The translations under genes were made by a program, and so were the position numbers. Under the pieces are notes generated by a model, which ran no database searches, was not told the origin of the DNA, and saw only the letters and a list, made by a program, of their open reading frames with translations. Of a stretch of DNA of 64,000 nt, positions 35,480 through 48,789 are shown in pieces. Origin of the DNA: Octopus sinensis. Its lineage: Eukaryota. Numbering within the stretch: the first letter of the stretch is position 1; every line of letters begins with the position of its first letter. The stretch lies in contig NC_042998.1 of NCBI RefSeq assembly GCF_006345805.1, forward strand, positions 201,686,001-201,750,000, written 5' to 3'.

Positions 35480-37957
35480 TGCTACTTCTGTACCAACCCT
35501 CATTCCATACACATCGAATGAGTGCTGTCAAAATATAAGTAGCAACGGTTGGTCCTTCGAAGGAAACCGATTTTTGCAAGAAACGTAATAAGTCATACTT
35601 GCAATATGGTGTTGAAATTTACTGGAGAAGTGTGGAGCCTTCATGAATTGAAGTCACTTTGTTGGTAAGGGATGATCATCTAGAACTGGGTTTACAGTTT
35701 TGCCACCTACTTTGCCACCTCAGCCATATAACTCTCAAATGTTGATAATCCCTGGCATTCTACGATACAGATACTCTGCTGGGGAGTTGGCCAAGCCTCA
35801 AACTTTGATTTCACCCAGCGATAGACGTCACAGAATACCACGCTCAGGGATTCTTTTCTTCTTCTTATTATTTTTTTAGTGGTTTAAATCATAATACTGC
35901 TAGCGTACCACCTTAACTTTTTTCTCTTGCTTTTGATGTCGCCTTATGGCAGGAATTTGGTCTATGATTGATTTTGTAACAGCTGATCTTCCCTGAGTGC
36001 ATCCGTTAATACTTCGCTCGTCCTGGATTATCGTTAGAAGTTTTAATCTGTGATACTTTGATCAATCACGTGAAACGCCTTAGCAAATAAGATTATACGC
36101 AGACTTTGTCCTTTCTTCTCAAGAGATTATTGAAAATAGTCTTATGACAGAAAACTGTCCGAAAACTATCATATATGCTCGTAAGCGATCTTGCTACTTA
36201 GATGACCCCAGGTCACATATTTATGAAACCTAGTTTAAGAAACGCCATGCTGGCCAGCAAGTAAGGAAAGGAAAATATGAAGTGTCACTTACCTTCATGG
36301 TAACTGTCTGTTTTGTTGGGTTCCTCTGGGAACCCCCTTAAAAGCCATCTACTCGCCGTTACACTGGGAGATTTAATGTCATATGGATAGATCCGCTTAA
36401 TGCTCGTATGAGGTTCTAATGTCATTCGCACTATCATTAGGCTCTACAGTACTATGAAACTATAAAAGTGATGGGGCTGCATATCACCCCTCTGTTTCAA
36501 TCTTCTCATTTTGCGTAATGAGAGCCATCCGCTTTTCATTGGCCCGCCTCACCTGCACGAAATACCGCTGCTGGGCAGATACATGTTGCTGCTGTTGTAG
36601 TAACATTTTTCGTTTTAAAGGTTGTTGTATTCTTGATTCTGTTGTGGGTGTTTGTGATGGTGTTGTTGATTGTGGTGATTGTTATGTTGATGTCGTCATC
36701 AATTTGCCGGTTCTTGAATTTTTCCCTTTGTTCCTCTCTATTTTTTGGTTTCCTTTGCCTTTTCGGCTTCCTCCTTCTCATCACTTGGATGCCTGAAGGA
36801 ATCCGTGTCTTGTATGTTTTCTTCTGGTGTTCTTTGCCCTGGTTCTCTTGTAGTTGTTGTTGTTGCACCTGATAGTGTAGCTTCCACCACTACTGCTGGT
36901 GCTATTGCAACTGCCATCAGTGTAACACCTGCCTGTTTTCTTACCTTGGGTTCAATTTCTATTTCTATTCCCCTGCCTTTAAGCTGTAGCACTGTTATTG
37001 CTTGCTTCTCGCTTAGAGATTTAAAACTAATTGTTTTCCTCTTTATGTCATTTTAAAAGAATATACTTCGAGCATCTTCCATCTGTAGATCTTGTTCTTG
37101 TTTCTTGTTCTTGTTGATTTTATCGATTCATGGGTTGTGATGCTTTCGTTTAGACATTTCTTTCTCCCCTTCTCTTTTTGTTCTGTGGGCCAAAAAATAC
37201 TGTAAGTGGCCTGTTGAGCCACCACAATCGTGGCACTTCAGCCTTCGGACCTCCATGTTCACCCTTACTTCTACTCCATTCGAGAAGGACACCAGGTCTG
37301 GGACTTTCTCTCAGTACTCTTGCATCACGTGGAGTTGAAACTCCAAGATACTCCCAACTGAATTATCTCTCCCCGAACTTTAAACATTCAGGAGAATCCA
37401 CCATAAATCCAGGTCTAGTGGGACACCAAGTACCGTAATTCGTATCCTATCTACTTCCCATGTACGTTGGGAAGAGGGCGAATTCCTAGTTGTGACGCGT
37501 GGTCACCGAGCTCTATATCACCTTCACCTCGGTTTTAAAAAGTCTTCTACCCGCCGTATGCGCCGCTCTGACAATGTGCTGGATAACCTGCCATATATAT
37601 TTTAAAGCCTTTTCCAATAGGTCGCGTTTAGCGTTTTCGAGTGCCCTTGTCTTTGTGCTCACGAAAATGTAGACAACTGTCCGTTTGGAAGTTGCTTCAA
37701 ATACATCACTTGGGGGCGACACTTCTGACCTCCTTCCATTCATTTTCATATAGTTTACTTCCTTCTTTAGTCTTTCTATTTTGTTCTCTAATTCCTTAGC
37801 TGCCGCGATATTTGCAAAAATGATTTTTCCCGCTACTTATTCCATTTTTGTTCGATTCTTTCGTAATTGTTGTCAATGTTGTTCTTCGCGCTACTACAAT
37901 TTTTCTTCACCTCGCCTTCATTCTGTCTTGCAACTTTCTTCTTTTCTTGACTCCTTA
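35480..37957 (-). mobile_element. Degenerate ORF1/gag-like retroelement (L1/Tx1-type ORF1 with zinc-knuckle remnant); no ORF2 seen
   Basis: Minus-strand frames give DLLEKALKYIWQVIQHIVRA, PTYMG..IRITVLGVP and VRVNMEVRRLKCHDCGGSTGHLQYF (knuckle at about 37190-37240), then a T/Q-rich low-complexity tract; the 5' end abuts (GAA)n. Confidence 0.5.
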
Positions 37958-38038
37958 TTTCTTCTTCTTCTTCTTCTTCTTCTTCTTCTTCTTCTTCTTC
38001 TTCTTCTTCTTCTTCTTCTTCACCTTCTTCTTCTTCTT
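37958..38038. repeat. (TTC)n microsatellite running into the gap
   Basis: Direct inspection. Confidence 0.95.
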
Positions 38039-38138
38039 NNNNNNNNNNNNNNNNNNNNNNNNNNNNNNNNNNNNNNNNNNNNNNNNNNNNNNNNNNNNNN
38101 NNNNNNNNNNNNNNNNNNNNNNNNNNNNNNNNNNNNNN
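38039..38138. other. Assembly gap (100 N)
   Basis: Exactly 100 N; true size unknown. Confidence 1.
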
Positions 38139-39433
38139 ATATATATATGCGTGTGCATGTGTGGTGTCTATGTGTGTGAGTGTTCAATGATATATGTGTG
38201 TGTGTGCGTGTGCCTTCGAAGTGCACATGACCATAATTTGATCAACACCTCCACGCATATATACTCAGACAACATAGTTTTGACCGCTGTTTCTTGTCAG
38301 ACTAATATTCCACTCACACTGAAACCTAACAATTTCCTTTCGCAGGCATTCTAAGAAATGCGTTATTACACTTTGAAATTTATTGCAACCATTTTCTTTT
38401 CGCTATCGGAGTTTTCGTAGCTTGTTGTTAAACATGAAGACCTAGTGTAAAGTTTCCTACATTTTGTAGCTTTTGTCTATGTATTTTCTTTTTTCTGTGT
38501 ATATTTTAATATATGTCCTTCTTGTGACAGACTCTTTTTTCTTGTTTTTCATATTTCTTCTTTGATTTTCGAGCAAAATACTTCAGATGTTGTTTGTCAT
38601 TGAGATGGAAATGTGAAGCCGTTTCAGTTTCCTATTAAGTCTTGTCATCTAACACATGATTTTTTACATCATTACTTAAATATATGTGCTTGTGCTTAGT
38701 CACAAGAAACCTCCTGTGCCACGTATGCATATATGATTCCCGGTTGCATTTCTAGGCTATCTCACTGTCATCATTGTCGATAAATATTCTTTTCCTGCGC
38801 CTCTTTTATTCCCTCTGCCTCTCATGAGTATTTGTAAAAAAAAAACGAACCCCCTTTTCAATACTCATACATCAACACAGCGGCTATAGTTAAATTTTAT
38901 AACATCGTGTTGAACAGTTAGGAAAGAACTGGCTCTATGGACAATGTTTCTCATTTGCAAGTCAAATATTCTGTTTGCCCGCCGTCGATGTTACATTTTT
39001 GCTTAAACAAGAATAGTAAACTCAGGCCCATGATATTTTACACTGCGTAATTTATTCTTATAAATAATACACCACACAAAACGGCATGTACTTGTTGCCG
39101 TCTTCTTACAAGTATCTTAACATTAAATTGTAGCATATTTTTGACACGTTGAAAGAAAAAACGCGAGATTTTAGCACTTGTGTGCATCACTACAGGTGTG
39201 GAAGCAAATTCCAAGACTTATATCAGGTTCACTTTGCTGAATAAAATGCCCAGCATAGTATTAAGGGGAATATACATGCTTACTATATAATTAAATTTGA
39301 CCCCGCTCCAATTTAACTCCACACCCTTATGAATTTTCTTAGCAGAATTACTGAATTTTGCCTTAGATTATGTTATTGAAATTACTCGGAATCGCAGAAG
39401 CAAACTAATGGGTCCGAAATCTCCCGAAACAAA

Positions 39434-39620
39434 GGCGGCACGCCGGGCAAAATGCTTAGTAGTATTTCGTCTGTCTTTACGTCCTAAGTTCAAATTCCAC
39501 CTAGGCCGACTTTGCCTTTCATCCTTTCGGATTAAGTACCAGTCGCGTACTGGAGACAATCTAATCGACTGGTTTCCTCCCCGGAAATTTCGGGCCTTGT
39601 GTCAAGAGTAGAAAAGAATA
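39434..39620 (+). mobile_element. Family E2 SINE with head deletion
   Basis: GGCGGCACGCCGGGC..., central CCGACTTTGCCTTTCATCCTTTCGG, tail GGGCCTTGTGTCAAGAGTAGAAAAG. Confidence 0.75.
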
Positions 39621-40049
39621 TAAAAATATGCAGCTATGTACCTACACCAGCATGTGCTGTTTGGTTTATGGTTATTAAGAAAGTTGACAGAAATATTAGT
39701 GTTTTGTGTTTATATTTTCAACTAGAGAAAAAGTTTTTTTCCGTGGTTCTCAACGAGCCATCATCTTCTAACATATCGGAGTTCGATTCCTCTCGAACCT
39801 CTGCAAGTCAACAACAACAAAATATAGAAAGGATTGAAAAGGAATATAATTCTAGAGGAGCCGTGATAGATTCGTGCAGAAGGAGTGATTGTTTCTATTA
39901 GTGCGGGTTATGAATGTATCGGGGGACATAAAAGATGATAAAAGAAGAGAAGATAAATTGGGTTTGTAAATGCCTTGTGGGTGACACGATTAATATCAGA
40001 TCCGAAGAACAGAGATCCCTCTTGAAACATTAGAAATGGGTGAGGTCTT

Positions 40050-40207
40050 TACGTTCGGAGATTAAATTCTGCTAAGATCTACTTTGCTTTTCATCCTTTC
40101 GGGAGCGATAAAGTCGGAAAAAACATGTGTCACTTAAACACTTGGGTCGATGTAATCGACTATCCAACTGTCACAATTCCAGGCCTTGTCCTTATAGTAG
40201 AAAGAAA
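40050..40207 (+). mobile_element. Degenerate family E2 SINE
   Basis: Central domain and tail GGCCTTGTCCTTATAGTAGAAAG recognisable. Confidence 0.5.
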
Positions 40208-41424
40208 TGTAAGAAATCGGTGTCTAATAGAAAAGAAAAATACCTGTGTGGGTCAAATTTTGTTGTAGTTTTGTGAACGACTTCAATATTTGGAGTTACT
40301 TATCCTTGACTATAGTTCGGAATATATGTATATCACATGTTCAGATATTTTAGATCTATTGTGTTGCTTTATTATTCTTGGATTAAGTAATATCTGACCC
40401 TGCAGAAAAACATCCCATATTACGATGCATTTTTTTGGCCGCATTAGGAATGCGGGGATCACTACTAGCATGGCTGGCCTTCACTTTGGTGTTCATTCGT
40501 GTTATTGGTTAGACTATGTCACAGTAAGAATTACCCTGATGAAACAGACATGTAACAAAATAAAGACACCTTGAAAGTTTAAGTATTTTGTATACCTAAT
40601 CTTATTTTAACCAATCTTTCTTGCTTTTTAATGTATATCTAGCTGCTTAAGGCACGTTATCATACAGGTTCTTATCCTCGCTATAAATACTATCTGAATT
40701 TCAGTAGGAGGAACAATAACTGGTGGTGCTGTCTACACCTTTCCTACGGCTATAGCACACATGTGAATTTAAAGAATATATTTTTATTTTTTCGCTTTAC
40801 TTACAATTTTTATCAAAATGAATTTCTTCTGTAGTGACTCTCGAATAATCTGAATAAAAAATGTGTATCTCATTTTCCCACACTCATTGATAGTGGTAGA
40901 TATATAGACACATAAAAGAATGCAGAAGCACACTCCAACACACAGAGTAATACTCATAAATTTATCGACACAATTGAAGTCCAAAATATACAAACATCGA
41001 CAAACACCCTACGGTGTATGCGCAGAAATAAATATTCATAGACACGCTGACATGAAAAAATACCTTACAGATACAAAGGAAAGCTGGGTATTTGACAATC
41101 GTTATGTGTTTTTTCTTACACGGTAGCTTCAATCTCCATTTTCAAAAAGCGTCTTTACTGGTGAGGAGAAATGGGTTCTTTTCCATAAATGTAAGCGTTC
41201 TCATCAGGGGATTAGCCGCAGGAAGACCAGTTCAGGATTAAAGAAAATGCTTTCTTCCAAAAGAAATCATACTGAATGCATGATATAATATCTAACGGAT
41301 TATCCAATATCATGTGGAGGAGAATAATTAGACAATAGGACATGATGTGTGTTGGCAGCAACATCGACTTTTAAAAGCTGTTTTGAAGTGAAAATACTCA
41401 TATATATATATATATATATATATA

Positions 41425-41970
41425 ACGGGAAGCTTTATGAAAATAGACAAAAGACGAAGGCAGGCGGAAAACAAACAAACAATTGTATTAGTATGGCGCT
41501 CAGGAAATATAAATAAAACAAGTCTTTAACGTTTCGAGCCTACGCTCTTCAACAGAAAGATACACAGAGAGAAAAAAAACACAGAAAGAAGGAGAAAAAA
41601 AAATGCGTGCAGTAACTAACGAATCAACATGGCGATCTGATTTCGGCCGGAGGTCAAAGATCAAACATGAGACGCGAGAGCGAAATAAGGGAAGATAATA
41701 GGGTTGAATGACCAGCTATTAGTGCGTAGGAGGGGTCTGGGCGTGTGTATGTATAGGGTTGGTGTATGTATTAGTATGTATTAGTATGTATAAGGGTGTG
41801 TGTGTGTGTGTGTGTGTGTATGAGAGAGTATTAGTGCGTAGGATATGTCTGGACAGGCGTAAGTATGAGGTTGGTGTATGTATTAGTATGTATTAGTATG
41901 TATTAGTACGTATTAGTATGTATAAGTGTGTGTGTGTGTGTATGAGACAGTATAAGTGACTAACTAGATA
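41425..41970 (-). mobile_element. Hammerhead-bearing element, family PB copy 2 (longer)
   Basis: HHR at 41523-41560 on minus strand: TCTTT-CTGTTGA-A-GAGC-GTAG-GCTC-GAAACGTT-AAAGA; 3' end at (TA)n; internal duplication of about 110 bp with TATTAGTATG repeats. Confidence 0.65.
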
Positions 41971-42111
41971 TCTTAATAATTACGATGCGCACTCTTCTCC
42001 CATCACATCTCTGTCTATCCATCTTTTTTGTTCTTTTTTCGTTTCTGGTTTTCTCTTCCATCCTTTACCTATTCTTTTCCTATCCCCTTCACCGTTCCCT
42101 TCCCTCTCTCT

Positions 42112-42171
<60 letters not shown>

Positions 42172-42785
42172 ATTCCACATTGACTCTCTCGTCGCTGGCA
42201 GGTGACGAAAGGCGATCTATTTTCATTCTTCCATTTCCTTCAGAAAGACAGGTGTTTTTACGTGTCTCTTCTCATAGCTCGTCTTTCCAGCGTTCATTAT
42301 ATATTTTTTTACATCGTCTTGGCTTAACAACCCTCACCGTTTGTTTTAATTGTCTTGTTCTCATTGTCCTGTTTTTGTTACCACTTTCACCCTCCGCAAA
42401 AAATCCCAAATTTTATTTAATTTGCTTTGCGGGAGGGACTGTTTAAACAAAGTCGTGTATTGTCCTTATCTTCGTAAAGCGGAGTATACGAAATAGGGAC
42501 AAATGATGAAAATGAATGGTCTTTATGTCGCATGTCTCGTTTCTCTGCTACTTTTTTTCGTTGTTCGAAAAAAGTTCGTTTCCTATGTTTTGTTTTTATG
42601 TTTTCGTTTTCTCATTGTGTCTACGTTTTTTGATGTCCTGTACCCATATATGCATGTATATATATGTAAGTATATACATATATGTGTGTATGCATATATT
42701 TGTATATTTTATAAATATGTATATATATGTAATTATATGTATATATATATAATTATATATATATATATATATATATGCAATTATA

Positions 42786-43001
42786 AAGTTAATCCAACCA
42801 TGAAAACACAAAGAGAATACAGAGCAATGCGAGGACGTTGAACTAGTATAGTGTTATTAAACGCTCAGGAAAGGAAGGAAAGAAGGAGGATTTAACGTTT
42901 CGAGCGGAGCTCTTCGTCGGAAACATAGGAAAAGGAAAGATCCAAAGAAGAAAACAGGGAGGAAAAAATCGCCAGCGGTACACATGCGCTCACATTTTGA
43001 A
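42786..43001 (-). mobile_element. Hammerhead-bearing mini-element, family PA copy 4
   Basis: HHR at 42890-42924 on minus strand: GTTT-CCGACGA-A-GAGC-TCC-GCTC-GAAACGTT-AAAT; (TA)-rich sequence on both sides. Confidence 0.75.
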
Positions 43002-43049
43002 TATATATAATTATATATAAATATATATAATTATATATAAATATATATA

Positions 43050-43100
<51 letters not shown>

Positions 43101-43412
43101 CGTATATATATATATATACATATATATATTATATATATATATATATAATTACATATGTATATATATATATATGTATGTTCATATATATGTGTATAGATAG
43201 ATAGATAAGTATTTGCAGCATATGAATATTGAAGCTCTTATCAAGTTAAGTTTAGTTTGTCTCACAAAATCTTCGTCATTATAACCATCATATTAAATTG
43301 CATAATCAAACTTGTTGACACAGGTAAATTGGATTTTTACTGAAAATTTGTATCGTGATTTCTATTTTATAATGTTGACGAAGCTTCTCCTGTATGGATC
43401 ACTTATAATTCT

Positions 43413-43580
43413 TATTCTTTTCTACTCTAGGCCCAAGCTCCGAAATTTAGGGGAGGGGGCCAGTCGATCAGGCCCACCTCAGTACGCAACAGGTATTTAA
43501 TTTATCGAACCCGGAATGATGGAAGGCGATGTCAACATCGGCAGAATTTGAACTCAGAACGTAATAACAGACGAAATACC
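43413..43580 (-). mobile_element. Family E2 SINE lacking the start of its head
   Basis: Directly abuts the tail of the E1 copy at 43581-43811. Confidence 0.75.
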
Positions 43581-43811
43581 CATTTCTTTACTACCCACAA
43601 GGGGCTAAACACATAGAGGACAAACAAGGACAGACAAACGGATTAAGTCGATTACATCGACATCAGTGCGAAACAGGTACCTAATTTATCGACTCCGAAA
43701 GGATGAAAGGCAAAGTCGACCTCGGTGGAATTTGAACTCAGAACGTCACGGCAGACGAAATACGGCTACGCATTTCGCCCGGCGTGCTAACGATTCAGCC
43801 AGCTCACCGCC
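43581..43811 (-). mobile_element. Family E1 SINE, full length
   Basis: Matches the 18168 copy end to end. Confidence 0.9.
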
Positions 43812-44022
43812 GTGACTATACTTATTATTGTTGGTGTAATGTTTACAGATGATAATTTGTCACTGACATTTTTTGGTTGCGTTTAGTCAGTTCAGGGGAG
43901 GGGATTCTAGAAGCGCCTTTTGATCAAAAGTCTGATAATGTGTGTGTGTGTGTGTGTATATATTATTTATTTATATATATATATATATATAGTTTTTTAT
44001 GTATATATATACTTGTATTGTC

Positions 44023-44180
44023 TGATTTGATCTTGATTTTTCCAGTTTCAGCTAATGAGCTGTGGACATGCTGGGGCACCGCAATATATATAAGTAAAAC
44101 CATGTAGCAACACCAAATGGCGGTGCCCCAGCATGGCCACAGCTCATGAGCTGAAACTAGAATCAATCAATCAATCAATC
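44023..44180. repeat. Inverted pair of SINE 3'-tail fragments forming a hairpin, flanked by a direct repeat
   Basis: Arms 44045-44082 and 44120-44157 (GCGGTGCCCCAGCATGGCCACAGCTC..GAGCTGAAAC) plus (AATC)n tails; TAGTTTTTTATGTA within (TA)n at both 43990-44003 and 44194-44207. Confidence 0.8.
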
Positions 44181-44201
44181 ATATATATATATATAGTTTT
44201 T

Positions 44202-44250
<49 letters not shown>

Positions 44251-44508
44251 TATATATTCATATGTGTGTGGAGTGTGTGCGCGTATTTATTTCTTGGGTA
44301 GTGTATGGTGATGCAATTCAAATTCTGTTTTGTCTTCTTAGTTTTTCAATGTCTATTGCCTTGTTAAATCTTATTCCGTTATCAATTAATTTTGTTGTAG
44401 TTTTTGGAGTGTTTATCTTGAGCTAAAAACTCGAAACTTTTGAACGTGTTTATCGTATGCAATTAAACCATATAACATTTTCCTTATCATTTCTCTCTCT
44501 CTCTCTAT

Positions 44509-44587
<79 letters not shown>

Positions 44588-44611
44588 GTGTGTGTGTGTC
44601 TGTGTGTCTGT

Positions 44612-44918
44612 GTGGAGGCGCAATGGCCTAGTGTTTAGGGCAGCGGACTCGCGGTCGCAGGATCGCGGTTTCGTTTCCCAGACCGGGCGTTGTGAGTGTT
44701 TATTAAGCGGAAACACCTAAAAGCTCGACGAGGCTCCGGCAGGAGGTGGTGATCCCTGCTGTACTCTTTCACCACACTTTCTCCCACTCTTTCTTCTGTT
44801 GGCCTGGTCGCTTAGCCAGCGGGGTGGCGTCATTCGAAGGCTAAAACAATGCGAACGCATTGTGACTAGCGATGTGTAACAACATCTGATGGGCTGGTCG
44901 GTCTCGTGATCCCGTGAT
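44612..44918 (+). mobile_element. tRNA-derived SINE, head D plus RTE-derived tail 2
   Basis: Head as in the 10185 copy; 3' end TGTGACTAGCGATGT...CTGGTCGGTCTCGTGATCCCGTGAT resembles the RTE end at 1434-1497. Confidence 0.85.
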
Positions 44919-45229
44919 ATATATATATATTATGATTATTATTGTTGGTGGTGTTATTGTACATTTTAGAATTTGTTGTTTTGCCGTGAAAGACGGTTTC
45001 GATATATGTGTCTTTTCCAATGACGTAATGCTCATGAAGCAAAGAGGATGTTTCAGTTGCGAAATGTTTATTAAATTTATGCTAATAATTTGGGGTTTCA
45101 AACCATCAAGTTGTTGAAGTCCATGGTTCCACAGAATAAGTAACTTTTTCCGGTTTTCTAACAGATATCTTTAAAATCCGACGCCGTACATTTTTCATGT
45201 TTTAACTTGTATTTATGCCACGACTAAAT

Positions 45230-45420
45230 CGCAATATGGTTGGGAAAAACTTCGTCTGTATCTTGCAGGGCCTCGAAAGACAAGCATTTATCGTGAAATT
45301 TTCAGTCCCTTCTAGAGTACTTAGATTGATGCCATTACTGTACTTCTTGAACTTTTGTAAGCCAACACCACCAGAAAAGAAACGCACAATGACGGATTTC
45401 CTGACCACCGATGATCTAGA
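45230..45420 (+). mobile_element. Possible degenerate CR1/L2-group LINE C-terminal fragment
   Basis: WEKLRLY/LQGLERQAFI resembles W.RLK.L.LYSLQRRRERY.II; weak match. Confidence 0.3.
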
Positions 45421-47458
45421 GAGGTAGAATAGGAGTGAGTGATTAACATGTAGCTCGAAGTGTTAGACGCAATAAATGACGATGGGATGAAGAGTGTCAA
45501 CCTGTATTAGAGTTTTTGATGCAAGTGGAAGGAGCCAAATCAGTTACAAAATTTTGAAGCTGTTATAGTTGTGTTTTAAACGGTATAAATTAGAGTCCGA
45601 GACTCAGTGTGAGGTGGAAGAGTACATGTGAGTGAATTTTCACAGATAGACATCATGGTCATTTTCTGGATGTCCTCTGATATATCTGTCTACGTTCCAA
45701 CAATGCCATTGCTGTTGCAGAGGTGAGAGCAATGTTGTGGTGAGGACTCATCTGAACATTACGGAGGATCGATAAATTTGAAAGGAGGAAAAACCTTCTA
45801 ACTGTGAAACATGAGAGGGTTAGATGCGACCCGAACTGTTAAAGAGCAGCTTTCGATGCATTAATTCACTCAGGAGATAATTCTTTTGATCGAACAACTG
45901 AGCGTTTTTGGTAAAAACTGACGGAGATCCATTTATTTAACAGTAACAGAGAGAGAGAGTGAGAGAGAGTGTGTGCTTTTGTGTGAGTGTGTGAGTGAAG
46001 TGTATATCTTTCTCTGAATGTACGTGAGAGATAGATATGTACAGGAACCGAGAATGTAACAATGAGAAAGTTAAAAAACGTGGAAGGGGGAAATGTGAGC
46101 GAGTAATTCTGAAATGTAAATGTAATCTTCTCTGCAGACTTTGCCTCAGGAAGTGTTACTACAAGAAAATGACGTAAAAACGCGCCAGCAGAATCCGATG
46201 CAAACAACCTCAGTTTTGTTGACTGCTAAGATAAAGCAATGAGAAGCCTCATATTTATCAAAGAGGATTAATGAGATTAGGAGATGCGCCTGTCTTTCTT
46301 GCAGGCGTTTCAAATGTTAATGTAGTGGAATTTTTCGAACTGCTTGTCTAGACAGAATCATGAACACGGATTATCTACGTTACTATTAGAAAATTACATA
46401 TGTAAATATAGTGAAGATACAACAGGCAAATATAAACGGTAAGGTGGAATGGTGAATTATAGTCCCATGTTTCGCATCCTGTTCTTGACGTTACATTATA
46501 ATTTAAAACCAAGAAAGACGTATTCCGACTATCCAATCCATTCTGTTGCAAATAAATGGTAGCAGCACGAGGCGGCAACCTGTACATGGTTCCTAGATGT
46601 GCTAGAAGTAGCAAAGGAATACATATCTCTCATATATAACTCAATCGCTTAAACATATATTTAGGACAAGCCGGATTATACGGTCCAAGTTACATGATGC
46701 ATAGATAAATACAAGATTGTTACAGGTTTAAAAAAAAAACATGATTATACATGTGTTGGGTCATGATAAAGTGGAGGATATAAAGCTAGTCAAGATATGC
46801 CGATCCTGAATAAGTTAGGGATACCCTATCAGGACGGAATTGTGCATAAACATATCCAATATCAATTAGACTAGTGAATATAGAAGTGCTAATGAAACAG
46901 TTGTTTTTAAGTGCCGCGGGTATTGTATAATATAGTGATTCAAACATTTGCCCTTCAAAGCACTGTGTGTTTATGTACTGAAATATTGCATTGTACAGAC
47001 AAATTTCTTGTGTTGTTCGTGGTTGTATGAGTATTTTCTAGTATGATACTGGCATTGTGTATAATGTTTTGTGAGTTACTACAAGTGTTTCATCAGTTCA
47101 GTGATTTTTATGTCTCATTCCATGTAGTTTATGATTTTTCTTTTCGGATGTCGTACATATTGTTGGTTAAGATTTAACCTTGGCTGTGTTCTTGTTTGTT
47201 ACAGTGTGTGCAGCTTTGAAGTTTTTTTTATGACAGTGGAGGTAGCTTGGGGAGAATTTTTTCGCTGCTTTTATACTCCTTCCAAGCTGATTCACTTAAA
47301 ATCTCCCAAATATTATGAGGATCGATTTGTTTTGTTTATTATGACTATTTCCCCGTTTCATGTTACAACGCTCATTTTACAGGACGTAAGCTTTGATACA
47401 CGGGATTGATTTTAGTTTTTCTTGGAACTTTGTTCGTCACACTTGCTCTACGTTCTGG

Positions 47459-47854
47459 GGTGGAGGCGCAATGGCCCAGTGGTTAGGGCAGCGGACTCGC
47501 GGTCATAGTATCACGGTTTCGATTCCCAGACCGGGCGTTGTGAGTGTTTATTGAGCGAAAACACCTAAAAAGCTCCAGGAGGCTCCGGCAGGGGATGGTG
47601 GTGATCCCTGCTGTACTCTTTCACCACAACTTTCTTTCACTCTTACTTCCTGTTTCTGTTGTACCTGTATTTCAAGGGGCCGGCCTTGTCACTCTCTGTG
47701 TCACGCTGAATATACCCGAGAACTACGTTAAGGGTGCACGTGTCTGTGGAGTGCTCAGCCAATTACACGTTAATTTCACGAGCAGGCTGTTCCGTTGATT
47801 CAGATCAACCCGAACCCTCATCATCGTAACCGACGGAGTGCTTCCATCCATGCA
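47459..47854 (+). mobile_element. SINE head D plus tail 1, with 12-bp TSD
   Basis: TSD TCTACGTTCTGG at 47447-47458 and 47855-47866. Confidence 0.9.
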
Positions 47855-48172
47855 TCTACGTTCTGGCATTATCTCTTATAGTGTTTCTCTTGGTAGCTCC
47901 ACACGAAGAGCAATGCAACTCATATTCTTTAGTTTGCCTTAGTTCATCCTCTCAACGATGTTGTCTCTGTTGCTGTTGCTTTCATTTTTTGTGGCTGCTG
48001 TTTATTTAACTGCAGTTCTTTTCCTGTAAATATAATATATGCAGATAGTTTGTGTCACCACATAAGAATCAACGTGGGCCGGCATTCAACTGCCACAAAC
48101 ATTTGCTAGCTACCAAATAGAATGGTTAGGTCTTACTTAATCTCTTTTGCTTAATAGGTTTATACTTCTAAA

Positions 48173-48402
48173 GGCGGCGAGCTGACAGAAACGTAAGCCC
48201 GCCGGGCGAAATTCTTAGCGGTATTTCGTCTGCTGGTACGTTCTGAGTTCAAATTCCGCCGAGGTCGACTTTGCCTTCATCCTTTCGGGGTCGATAAATT
48301 AAGTACTAGTTATGCACTGGGGTTGATGTAATCAGCTTAATCTGTTTGTCTACCCTTGTTTGTCCCCTCTATGTTTAGCCCCTTGTGGGCAATAAAGAAA
48401 TA
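48173..48402 (+). mobile_element. Family E1 SINE, full length
   Basis: Matches the 18168 copy. Confidence 0.9.
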
Positions 48403-48409
48403 AAGCACC

Positions 48410-48605
48410 TTAGCACGTCGAGCGAAATGCTTAGCAGTATTTCGTCTATATTTACGTTTTGAGATCAAATTCCGCCGAGGTCGACTGCGCCTTTCAACCT
48501 TTCAGATTCGATTGCTTACGAACCAGTTGCGCACTGGGGTCGATCTAACTGACTGCCCCCATCTCCCCCAAAATGTCGGGCCGTTTGCCTAGAGTAGAAA
48601 AAATA
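48410..48605 (+). mobile_element. Family E2 SINE lacking the first about 20 nt of its head
   Basis: Begins TTAGCACG seven bases after the E1 tail; tail GCCTAGAGTAGAAAA. Confidence 0.8.
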
Positions 48606-48789
48606 ATTTAATCCTGCAACCGGATCTATATGTCTCCTACAGCATGTAGATTTGCAATATATTTGATCTTCGTCTACCATATCAAACAAAACGACAGTTA
48701 CGACTAGTACTCATCTAAATCTAATAGCACATCGATCGGTTATATTTTTATGAATCTATAACCGCAGTACGTCAGTGTACGGAATCGTT

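Noticed and set aside
40450-40512. 20-codon ORF resembling a signal peptide (MRGSLLAWLAFTLVFIRVIG) near GT/AG motifs
   Set aside because: It stops immediately, the in-frame donor is weak, and no downstream exons were identified.
46120-46245. Strong-looking splice acceptor (TCTTCTCTGCAG) followed by a 34-codon frame
   Set aside because: No recognisable protein similarity or partner exon; it cannot be supported without transcript data.
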